Under the pieces are notes generated by a model. That model made no database searches, was not told the DNA's origin, and saw only the letters and a list, made by a program, of their open reading frames with translations. From IMG/VR virus record IMGVR_UViG_3300045988_081423: DNA of 64,000 nt, one strand, 5' to 3'. Below are positions 8,886-16,950 of the stretch, in pieces. Made by a program: the position numbers and the translations under genes. Each line of letters starts with the position of its first letter. The first letter of the stretch is position 1. The stretch comes from a virus.

Positions 8886-8946
8886 GATTACAATTTGATT
8901 ACAAAGTAACAAAAACCTTGACTTTTTCTGTTAAATTTGATAAAAT
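8886..8946 (+). promoter_or_regulatory. rightward sigma-A-type promoter PR with upstream tandem heptamers
   Basis: TTGACT (8918-8923), a 17-nt spacer, TG-extended TAAAAT (8941-8946). GATTACAA heptamers at 8886-8893 and 8897-8904 have the same orientation relative to the promoter as at PL1 and PL2. Confidence 0.7.
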
Positions 8947-8970
8947 ACTTAAAAGAAAGGAGGTCTGCGA

Positions 8971-9162
8971 ATGGGTAAGTGTCATAGATGCGATGCTACT
9001 TGTAAGTATTTCCCAACAGAAGCCAGTAAGATTTTAGATGAATATTTTGATGCTTATGGTATCAAACATAGAGAGTCTATTTTTTCGTGTTGGTATGACG
9101 GACATCGTATTACGGAATATGAAGACTGCGTTAATTATAAATCAAGAAAGGGTAAGGTGTAA
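8971..9162 (+). CDS. small Cys-containing hypothetical protein
   Basis: 63-aa ORF with a strong RBS (AAAGGAGG). Confidence 0.6.
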   Translation: MGKCHRCDATCKYFPTEASKILDEYFDAYGIKHRESIFSCWYDGHRITEYEDCVNYKSRKGKV

Positions 9163-9164
9163 GC

Positions 9165-10841
9165 TTGTCAAAAATTGACCTATTCTATACTCTGAAATTA
9201 AACACGTCTGATATTTACGAACAAATTGCAAAAAATGGTTGTGTCGAAACCGATTTTAAAACAGCAAAGAATGCTGGTTGGGTAGTTGCTCTTGGTGATA
9301 ATCAACTACTAAGATTTATTCGTCAGATTAAGGACAAACCATTTGATAAAGAAAAGGTTCAAACTCTTTATGATAGGCGCAATATTCTAAAGCAAGACAA
9401 GAGTTCTAAGAAGAACGCAAGAGAAATTACAAAGATTCAGAACGAAATCAATGAACTGCTATTTGTTCCAGACCTTGTGACAGTTAGAACTGACACAACG
9501 CAGAAGGATTATAAGCAGCTATGCAAGACTGGATTCTCTGTTAAATTTAAAGTGAATGATGTAGAGTATGTAACAAAGTATAAGCGTTTATGTGCTGGCG
9601 CTGGTCAATTGAGAAAGAACTCTGCTAATTTTGTAAATGCAGAAATTTATGACCAGTTACTCAATATTATGCTTTGTGGTCTTGATGCAAAAAGCATAGG
9701 AAAGATTAATCTTGCTAAATTCGGAGCTTATCTTGCACTATCTACTTCTGCCACTAGAGTTGTTAAAACACCAAGAATTTGTGTTGTTGACGATTATGAA
9801 TATCCTTTGAAAGACCAAGTTGTTGATTGGATTTTCAAAAATGAAAAAGGCGAAGACGATATCAGAACCGAAAAAATTGATTTTACAATGAATGCTTTCG
9901 ACGGCGCTGGTATGGTCTGTCCTGAAATGGCTGAGAGATGGCAACAGGATTTAGAGCTTGACTATTTACCATCTAGTTTTATTGTGAGGGCAGCGTGGTT
10001 CAAAGGTCTCTGCTCAATTTTTGACTTTAGACGTTTTGCTCATGAGATAGCACATAAAGATACGATTACGGACATTTATGGGGTAACATATAATATTGAT
10101 GAAATTGACGTTATAGCTGGCTCATCAATGTTCAAACTTCATAAATGTTATCCTAATTTTCAAGTCTATCAGAGTTACTTTAAGCGTTACGGTCATGTCT
10201 TTGGGGTAGCAAGAGTATCTAAGAAAGCATCAAACCAACTTAGTACCCTCAATTATCAATATATTCAGAGCAATGATTTTACAGAAGAGTCAATTAAGAA
10301 CCTAGCAAATCCTACCATTGATTGGCTTCAAAAAGTAATGTCATGTGACCCGCTTTATGCTTCTCTTATGATGATTGGATGTCATGATAGAGATACACTA
10401 GAGCAGATAGAGAACAGCCTTGAGTCTCCAATCGCTAAATGTCTATTATATAATACGGATATATTAAATGATAGCTATGCCAAAAGTAAAGTAATGCGTC
10501 TAGTTCGTAAGAAGATAGACCAAGCAAAAATTGGTAAAATTTATGTTGAGGGTTCTTATGATTTTTTGATTCCAGATTTGTATGCTATGTGTGAACACGC
10601 ATTTGGCATGGAAGTACATGGGCTGCTACCTCCAAAATGTATGTACTCAAAACGCTGGGTAGATAAAGGAGCAAAGGTTGTAAGCACTCAACGTAGTCCT
10701 TTAGTTGCCCCTGCTGAAAATCAGCTGCTTAATGTTTATTCTGATGATAAATGTAAGGATTGGTTTGGGTATTTGGAGTGGGGAAACGTATATAGTATTT
10801 GGGATTTGACAATTATTAGTCAATCTGATGCAGATTTTGAT
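9165..10841 (+). CDS. single-subunit two-barrel RNA polymerase (YonO/RdRP-like), exon 1
   Basis: Ends ...TQRSPLVAPAENQLLNV...IISQSDADFD. Joined to exon 2 this gives DADFDGD, the Mg-binding motif of two-barrel RNAPs. The stop 9 nt later lies in intron sequence. Confidence 0.75.
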
Positions 10842-11789
10842 AAATATTAACTGTCCACAACTAAATTGTGAATTGTAGCGAACTAGCAAATGCTAGGTGT
10901 GTGATTGACGTTTAGGAATCGTAGGAAATGACGATTAGCAATCATACTAACAGGGAAACGCTAAGTCTTATGATATGCCAATCCTGTGCATTAAAGCGAA
11001 TTATAAATTTAAGAGAAAGGAGGTTTACTATGAAATATATAAATATTGATACAGAAGGTTTTTATGATATGAAAGACTTTGATGGAGAAGAGTGGAAAGA
11101 TTTAGCTGGATTTGAAGAATATTATAAAATTTCAAATTATAGCAGAATCAAAAGAAAGCCTAGGTCTTGGAGGTCTGGACGTAAGGGTGGCGCTTATAAA
11201 ACTCTTGGTTGGGGCATGGTTAAGCAACGTAGACTAAAAGGTGGATATGTAAAAGCCACTTTATGTAAGGATGGGGATAAAAGAAGCTATTCCGTCCATG
11301 TTCTTGAAGCGAAGACGTTCGTGCCAAATCCAAATAATTTACCTGTTGTAAACCATAAAGATTTAAACAAAGATAATAATTCCGCAGAAAATCTTGAATG
11401 GACGACATACTCTGAAAATACAAAACACTGGATTGAAAATACAGGTTACGACTTTAAGGGACATAAATTTGCAAAGAAATTAACGCAAGAACAAGAAATA
11501 CAAATTAAAGAATTTAAACAGAAAAACATGAGTATGACAACAAGACAGATTGCAAATGCGCTTGGTTTTACTTATAATCAGGTAAGAAGAGTTTTAAAAA
11601 TTTATAATTTGCTTTGATGTTAAACGACTATCCTTTAAGCTCGTCTGCTAAAATAAAGAGCAATAGGAGTAGGGCTGAGTGAAATTCTCAGTGGGTGAGA
11701 ACCCCTTAAATCGAAGTGCTACACATAGAAGATATAGTCTAATCCCCTTGGCATAGCCAGCAAATATCGGGAAACCGAGGGTATAAATG
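10842..11789 (+). mobile_element. group I intron (IA2-like core) carrying an HNH homing endonuclease
   Basis: It splits one codon-level motif, follows an exon U and ends in G. Conserved core blocks are AACGACTATCC (11623), CAATAGGAGTAGGGC (11661) and AAGATATAGTCT (11729), shared with the introns at 16951 and 51756. Confidence 0.75.
11030..11617 (+). CDS. intron-encoded HNH homing endonuclease
   Basis: Own RBS (AAAGGAGG). YKISNYSRIKRK and VNHKDLNKDNNSAENLEWTTYSENTKH form the HNH_3/NUMOD pattern, with a C-terminal HTH. Confidence 0.85.
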   Translation: MKYINIDTEGFYDMKDFDGEEWKDLAGFEEYYKISNYSRIKRKPRSWRSGRKGGAYKTLGWGMVKQRRLKGGYVKATLCKDGDKRSYSVHVLEAKTFVPNPNNLPVVNHKDLNKDNNSAENLEWTTYSENTKHWIENTGYDFKGHKFAKKLTQEQEIQIKEFKQKNMSMTTRQIANALGFTYNQVRRVLKIYNLL

Positions 11790-12935
11790 GGTGATATCAG
11801 CCTTACTTCTGATAATGAATATTTGGTAAACGCAATCAATCCAGATTTACCAATTATCACCTATGAAAAACAGAAAGTGAAGGCTCAAAAAATCAATTTT
11901 GATAATTTAGGTTCTTTTGATGTAAAGAGTTTCGACAGTCCTATTGGAGGTATTACGAATCTTGCAAGCAATCTTTATGCAATGAAAGATTTGTTTCCAA
12001 AAGATTCTAAAGAGCATCTTGAAATCGAAAAACGTATTCGTCTATTACGTCGGTGTCAGGGAGATGCTATCGACCACGCTAAAGGGGCTGTTTTTAAAAG
12101 CTACCCCAAGTATTGGTCACACCGGCAGAAGTATATCCCTATCACTGATGATATGACCGACGAACAGAAACAAGAAATTCAAAAACAAAATGAAGAAATT
12201 AAGTTCAATAATAGCATCTGCTGTGATAAGAAAACCTACTTTTTTGGTTATGTCTATCCAAAAGAAATGGCAAGACTCAAGCATTATAAGAAAAAACAAG
12301 GAGACCTCTGCCGTAAGAATTTTGGTTGTAAACTAAAAGACCTAAAGCAAAAACAAGATAAAACAGTAGAAGAAAAGCAATTCCTGCGTAATTATTACAA
12401 GTATATACCTCTGTTTAACTCTAACTGCACGATGAATAATCTGGCTAGATATGTAGAAGATTATGAATTTAAAGAGAATAAATCTAGTAAGTATTTTGAC
12501 TATTCTTACCTAATGTCTAACAAAGACAGAGAATTTAAGAAGAATATCTGCAAGCAGATTCAAGATGTCATTCATAAGTTCCAGCATAATTATCCTATTC
12601 TTCTAAAGAAGATTGGTCATGACCGTGATTGGGGTATTGAGGATGCTAATACCCTCGGTTCTGATAGAGAATCTTTCTTTGACGGTTTCTTTGATTATTA
12701 CAAGAACGAACTTATGAATATTCTATCCAATGAAGAAGAACTTGTTGATTATATCATTTATGTTTATTATGAACAATGTAAGTCTGCCGACAAATCTCTT
12801 CTTTGGGAACTGTATTCAGATGTCGTTCTAAATAATGTCAAAAATAATTCAGACCATTATTATAAGATTGTTGAGTCCGCAGATGGTCAAGAGTTCTTTG
12901 GCAAGAAGTTTGTTTTGCAGGAGGTAGCTAAATGA
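11790..12935 (+). CDS. single-subunit two-barrel RNA polymerase, exon 2
   Basis: In frame with exon 1 after splicing, starting GDISLTSDNEY. There is no RBS before the ATG at 11787, which lies in the intron 3' end. Confidence 0.75.
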   Translation, partial: GDISLTSDNEYLVNAINPDLPIITYEKQKVKAQKINFDNLGSFDVKSFDSPIGGITNLASNLYAMKDLFPKDSKEHLEIEKRIRLLRRCQGDAIDHAKGAVFKSYPKYWSHRQKYIPITDDMTDEQKQEIQKQNEEIKFNNSICCDKKTYFFGYVYPKEMARLKHYKKKQGDLCRKNFGCKLKDLKQKQDKTVEEKQFLRNYYKYIPLFNSNCTMNNLARYVEDYEFKENKSSKYFDYSYLMSNKDREFKKNICKQIQDVIHKFQHNYPILLKKIGHDRDWGIEDANTLGSDRESFFDGFFDYYKNELMNILSNEEELVDYIIYVYYEQCKSADKSLLWELYSDVVLNNVKNNSDHYYKIVESADGQEFFGKKFVLQEVAK

Positions 12936-13687
12936 TTTTTAATGAATACGAAAGAGCTGCCGAGATAGATGAGAAGCAAAAATTCTCAGCGGATATTATG
13001 ACAGATGGTATTCTTCTCGCTAGGTTCTATAAAACAAATGGTCTTAACAGAGAAGAGACGCAAGAAAAGATTAAAACGATTCTCTTTAAATTAGATGGTT
13101 GCTTTACCGATAAGTTCAAGGAAAAATCTTTAAGGGATATTATGTCTGGGTTTGATTCTTTTGAACTTATGGATAATGAGCCAGTATATTTTTATAAAGA
13201 AGAAATGGATATTATTAAACAGCTAAAGAATAAGACCGCAAGAAAAGTTTTGTTCGCTATGTTGTATATCCGTAAGGCTTCTGGTGAGAACGAGTTTGAA
13301 GCAGAAGCAAAAGACATCAATAGACTTTGCGTAAAGAGAATTTATCCGAACAGTCTTTATTTAGCATATCATGAGTTAAAAGAACTTGGATATGTTAAGT
13401 ATACGAACTTTAAAGGAGAGAATAAAACAGAGATTGTTTATCCCGCTCTAAATATTCAGTATACTTCTGAACCTGTTATTGTGATTCGTGATAAGCATAA
13501 TATAATGAATTATTATTGGAACTATGTCGGAGAAGGCAAATTTGCTATTTGCAAGAACTGCGGTAAATTAGTTCCGGTCACTTCATTTCATGTTGATTAT
13601 TGTGAAAAGTGTGCAAAAGAGAAGTACCTAGAGAAAAATATAAAATACAATAGGAAACGCAACAATTCCAAAACAACGACCGAGTAA
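12932..13687 (+). CDS. hypothetical protein with C-terminal zinc ribbon
   Basis: 251-aa ORF with CKNCG ... CEKC. Confidence 0.6.
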   Translation: MIFNEYERAAEIDEKQKFSADIMTDGILLARFYKTNGLNREETQEKIKTILFKLDGCFTDKFKEKSLRDIMSGFDSFELMDNEPVYFYKEEMDIIKQLKNKTARKVLFAMLYIRKASGENEFEAEAKDINRLCVKRIYPNSLYLAYHELKELGYVKYTNFKGENKTEIVYPALNIQYTSEPVIVIRDKHNIMNYYWNYVGEGKFAICKNCGKLVPVTSFHVDYCEKCAKEKYLEKNIKYNRKRNNSKTTTE

Positions 13688-13776
13688 TTTTCAAAAAACC
13701 TAGGTGTGAAGCCACTTTTCAGACTTCTTGCACATTTTCTCTAAATGAATAGGGAAATGTAGAAAATCTCTATTTT

Positions 13777-13809
13777 ACAGACCAGTATTTTGCTGGTCTG
13801 TTTTTTTTA
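13777..13809 (+). terminator. Rho-independent terminator
   Basis: Stem ACAGACCAG/CTGGTCTGT with a 7-nt loop, followed by a run of 8 T. Confidence 0.85.
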
Positions 13810-13812
13810 TTT

Positions 13813-13858
13813 ATGAGCAAGCGGAATTAAACAACCGCCCAAGTGAATTAAAAGGAAA
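13813..13858 (+). promoter_or_regulatory. conserved stem-loop motif, copy 1
   Basis: TGAGCAA-GCGG-loop-CCGC-CCAAGTGAATTAAAAGGAAAA. It matches copy 2 at 14680 with compensatory stem changes. Confidence 0.5.
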
Positions 13859-13861
13859 ATA

Positions 13862-14038
13862 ATGATTCAAGTATCACGAGCCGATATTGACGCACTACGC
13901 AAGGTTGGTCTTCTAAAAGAAGGTCGTGACCGTAATTATACGGTTATCAACCGTAAAAAGAAAAGTCGTCGTAAGAAGTATTGTGTCGTAGAGGAACCTA
14001 AGATTCTGGCATTTCTGAATCGCAAAAAGGAATACTAA
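13862..14038 (+). CDS. small basic hypothetical protein (58 aa)
   Basis: MIQVSRADIDALRKVGLL...KKKSRRKKY, with an AAGGAAA RBS. It falls below the 60-aa cut-off of the ORF track. Confidence 0.45.
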   Translation: MIQVSRADIDALRKVGLLKEGRDRNYTVINRKKKSRRKKYCVVEEPKILAFLNRKKEY

Positions 14039-14058
14039 TACGATTGGGGAATTGTAGA

Positions 14059-14682
14059 ATGAATTATAAAACTCCAATTCGTAATGATGGAGAAATGGTA
14101 GAGCAACAGATTCTACTGTCTGGCAATAACTCCATCAAGAAAAATCTAGCAATTTATCAACGTAAGATTTTGATTAATCAAGAAATTACGAATGAATCTG
14201 TCACAGAAGCTATATATTATCTATATACGCTTATGGACTTGGATAGAGAAGAGGGAGTAGAGAAGAGTCCAAAACCTATTGATATTCTTCTAAATACTCC
14301 GGGTGGTTCTGTATGGGACGGTCTCATTCTGGTTTCTCTGATTGAACAGATGAAAGACATGGGATACATTATCAATACAACTGCTATTGGTACTGCCGCT
14401 AGTATGGGTTTTATTATCTTTATTACTGGTTCCAATCGTTGCTCTTATCGTCATGCACAATTTATGTTACATGATATTTCTACAATGATGGGTGGCAAAG
14501 TAAAAGACCTAGAAGAATCTATGGAAGACCTAAAGAAGTGTCAAAAGCAAGTGTTTGACATTATTAAGAAATATACTCATATTCCAGATGAGCAACTAGA
14601 TGATTGGGTTAAGCACAAACGGGACGTTTTCTTTTACCCAGATGAAGCTGTTAAATGTGGTATTGCAGATAAGGTGCTTTGA
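14059..14682 (+). CDS. clpP: ClpP-family serine protease
   Basis: LNTPGGSVWDG, GTAASMGFII (Ser) and MLHD (His), plus a C-terminal Asp region, match ClpP/S14 motifs. It lies outside the head module. Confidence 0.8.
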   Translation: MNYKTPIRNDGEMVEQQILLSGNNSIKKNLAIYQRKILINQEITNESVTEAIYYLYTLMDLDREEGVEKSPKPIDILLNTPGGSVWDGLILVSLIEQMKDMGYIINTTAIGTAASMGFIIFITGSNRCSYRHAQFMLHDISTMMGGKVKDLEESMEDLKKCQKQVFDIIKKYTHIPDEQLDDWVKHKRDVFFYPDEAVKCGIADKVL

Positions 14683-15191
14683 GCAAGCGAGGACAAACTC
14701 TCGCCCAAGGGATTGAAAGGGATAAGTATTTGAATAATACTAAGAATACTCAAGATATTGAAAAAATTGAAACCATTGCTGTGGAAGATATGTCTAAGGA
14801 ACAACTAGTTCAGCTATTCTATAAGCTGGCTGACGAGGGCCGTTTTGATGATGAAGACATTGATGGTTGCTATTGTTGCGATGATGACGATGATGACATT
14901 GGTGATGTTGTAGACCCTGTTATCGGATTTAGCCTAGAGAACGTTATTGACTCTGAATTTGATGAAGAAGAATTTAACAAAGGTATTAAGTCGATGAGCT
15001 TTGTGGCTGGTCAACTGATGGCGCTACAAAACGCTGGTATCAAACCTCAGAATGCTCTTGAGTATCTACACGCTACTCATTCTCAGGACAGTGATTGCGA
15101 ATGTGCAAAGCGCGTCGCAGAACTACAAGCTGCTGTTAATGAAAAGGCTGAGAAGAAGAATTTAATTGAAAGTAAGAAAAATATAGCTTAA
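14679..15191 (+). CDS. acidic hypothetical protein (start uncertain)
   Basis: 170-aa ORF with a CCDDDDDD acidic run. The first ~45 nt coincide with conserved motif copy 2, so the real start may be the internal ATG (MSKEQL). Confidence 0.5.
   Translation: MSKRGQTLAQGIERDKYLNNTKNTQDIEKIETIAVEDMSKEQLVQLFYKLADEGRFDDEDIDGCYCCDDDDDDIGDVVDPVIGFSLENVIDSEFDEEEFNKGIKSMSFVAGQLMALQNAGIKPQNALEYLHATHSQDSDCECAKRVAELQAAVNEKAEKKNLIESKKNIA
14680..14725 (+). promoter_or_regulatory. conserved stem-loop motif, copy 2
   Basis: TGAGCAA-GCGAG-loop-CTCGC-CCAAGGGATTGAAAGGGATAA, starting at the clpP stop codon. Confidence 0.5.
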
Positions 15192-15256
15192 ATGCTATAT
15201 TAAATTTATATTATATAAGTGGCTATATGCCGCATGGATTAAAAGGAGTAAATATT

Positions 15257-15526
15257 ATGACTAGTTCTAGTATCGTAAAGATGATTGCTGACAACACTGA
15301 TTACACTCAGAAGGACATTAAGGCTTTTCTAGCTGCTGCCGAGCCTGTTCTACTAGAAGCACTAAAGGCTGGTGAGTCCTTTAAGATTATGGATGTCACT
15401 GTTTCTCTGGCTGATGTTGCAGAACGTACCGCTCGTAATCTACAGACTGGCGAAATGATGACTGTCCCTGCTCACAAGAAGGCTTCCTTTAAGCCCTCTA
15501 AGGCTCTCAAGGAAGCCGTAAAGTGA
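15257..15526 (+). CDS. HU/IHF-family DNA-binding protein
   Basis: 89 aa from the ATG with an AAAAGGAG RBS. The HU pattern includes the beta-arm ARNLQTGEMMTVPAHKKASFKPSKALKEAV. Confidence 0.85.
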   Translation: MTSSSIVKMIADNTDYTQKDIKAFLAAAEPVLLEALKAGESFKIMDVTVSLADVAERTARNLQTGEMMTVPAHKKASFKPSKALKEAVK

Positions 15527-15773
15527 TTTAACCAAAGATTGATATACTGGTGTTTCTCTACCATTAAGTGAGAGGCTGTAACATCAGGTGAGCCACTACC
15601 AATAAGTGTGGAATTAAAAAAGCGGTAATTCTGCCGTGTAAACTATTTCTTGAATTATTAGCGGGTGCAACGCTTAGAATATTGCACACTCGTTTGTATT
15701 CTACCGGATACTGCTGGACATGGTTTGCTAAAATGAATATCGCTGGCATACCGATTAAAGTATGCTTATATGT

Positions 15774-15850
15774 CGCAGAATAGCCCAATCAGGTACGGCG
15801 CTTGGTTCATACCCAAGAGATTCTTCGTTCAAATCGAAGTTCTGCACCCA
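15774..15850 (+). tRNA. tRNA with anticodon CAT (Met, initiator-like or Ile2), CCA encoded
   Basis: 77-nt cloverleaf. Acceptor GCAGAA/TTCTGC with a C1-A72 mismatch, U8, D-arm with GG loop. Anticodon stem CTTGG/CCAAG with loop TTCATAC, 5-nt variable loop, T-arm CTTCG-TTCAAAT-CGAAG, then C-CCA. Confidence 0.75.
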
Positions 15851-15909
15851 ATAACAGAGAAATAGGATTCTCTGTTAAATTTAAATAAAGAAAAAGAGGA
15901 TTTTCTATT

Positions 15910-16203
15910 ATGCGTTTTTATTCTGATGTATGTCACAAGCTATTTGAATCACAAGAAGAACTAGAAAAGGCTGAAAAAGCTCTGGCTCAAAAGAACAATG
16001 AAGAAGCTAAGAAAAAAGCTGAACGTAAGGCTGATGCCGATAAGGTTCAAAAAGCTCACGACGAAGTGTTTAAAAAGTATGACGAGTATTGCAAGCTAGT
16101 TGATGAGTTTGTAAAGAAGTACGGTTCTTATCATACTACGATTGACAAGCCAATTCATCTTAATGATGTACTACGGTCTTTTGCGGATGTATTTTGGTTT
16201 TAA
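15910..16203 (+). CDS. Lys/Glu-rich coiled-coil hypothetical protein
   Basis: 97-aa ORF with an AAAGAGGA RBS. Confidence 0.6.
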   Translation: MRFYSDVCHKLFESQEELEKAEKALAQKNNEEAKKKAERKADADKVQKAHDEVFKKYDEYCKLVDEFVKKYGSYHTTIDKPIHLNDVLRSFADVFWF

Positions 16204-16232
16204 TTATTAAAATTATAGAAGGAGGCTAAAGA

Positions 16233-16697
16233 ATGTCTGAAAAAGTCGAGATTTTTCACTTTGATGATATTGCTAATAGTTATCACGGTGAATCTCTATA
16301 TTGTGGGCTAAGTTCTTCACTAAGCCTCCAAGTTGATAAAGATTGCACAATTACTGTATATGGGCAAATCAATCCTCGTTCTGGCGAATATTTTCAATTG
16401 CAAGTTTTAAATGAAGAGACAATGAAAACTTCTCCAAATATTACTTCTGCTGGAAATTATTTTGTCCATATAGCTGGATGCTATCATGTTAAATTTCAAG
16501 TAGAAAACGCTACTGATGTAAAAGTCGCTGGTGTATTCGGGAAATATCATTATCCGTCTGCGGAAGTAGACTTGGACGACTATGCTTCTATCGAATATGT
16601 AGACAGCAAGTTGGGTTCTGCAACGGAAGAAGAATTTAGAGAAATGCTTGAAGAAGTTCTAAATGCCCTATCTACAAGTGCTGTATTTAAAGATTGA
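16233..16697 (+). CDS. hypothetical protein
   Basis: 154-aa ORF with a GAAGGAGG RBS. Confidence 0.65.
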   Translation: MSEKVEIFHFDDIANSYHGESLYCGLSSSLSLQVDKDCTITVYGQINPRSGEYFQLQVLNEETMKTSPNITSAGNYFVHIAGCYHVKFQVENATDVKVAGVFGKYHYPSAEVDLDDYASIEYVDSKLGSATEEEFREMLEEVLNALSTSAVFKD

Positions 16698-16896
16698 AAT
16701 TTAGTTATTAATGATTTTTCTTATGATGATAGCACAAAGAATTTTAATATTGAATAATTTAAAACAATACATTTAAACAAATGGCGGTTTTCCGAAAGGT
16801 TGTAATTAACGCCTATATTGCGTTCCCGCATTTTATATAAATTATAACATAATCTACATCTTCTAAGATATATCTTGGTTAATTGAAGGTGTTTTT

Positions 16897-16950
16897 ATGG
16901 AAATTGATGGTAAAAAGGTTGCTTCTACTGGGACTACTGCGCTTGGTATT
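16897..16950 (+). CDS. Gly/Cys-rich protein, mini exon 1 (17-18 codons)
   Basis: MEIDGKKVASTGTTALGI continues naturally into exon 2 (TVLGGTALAGVLGG). A splice after T16947 or T16950 keeps the frame in both cases. Confidence 0.55.

Noticed and set aside
11648-11860. 70-aa minus-strand ORF, and the ATG at 11787 as an independent start for the RNAP C-terminal part
   Set aside because: The region is the conserved catalytic core of the intron. ATG 11787 has no RBS, and its G is the predicted terminal intron G. Splicing restores DFDGD.
15527-15773. A second tRNA or tmRNA-like gene upstream of tRNA(CAT)
   Set aside because: I tried both strands and found no T-loop consensus and no acceptor/anticodon arrangement that closes into a cloverleaf. 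It is left as an unassigned structured region.
15564-15788. 74-aa minus-strand ORF
   Set aside because: It overlaps the tRNA and the structured non-coding region, has no RBS, and its composition looks random.
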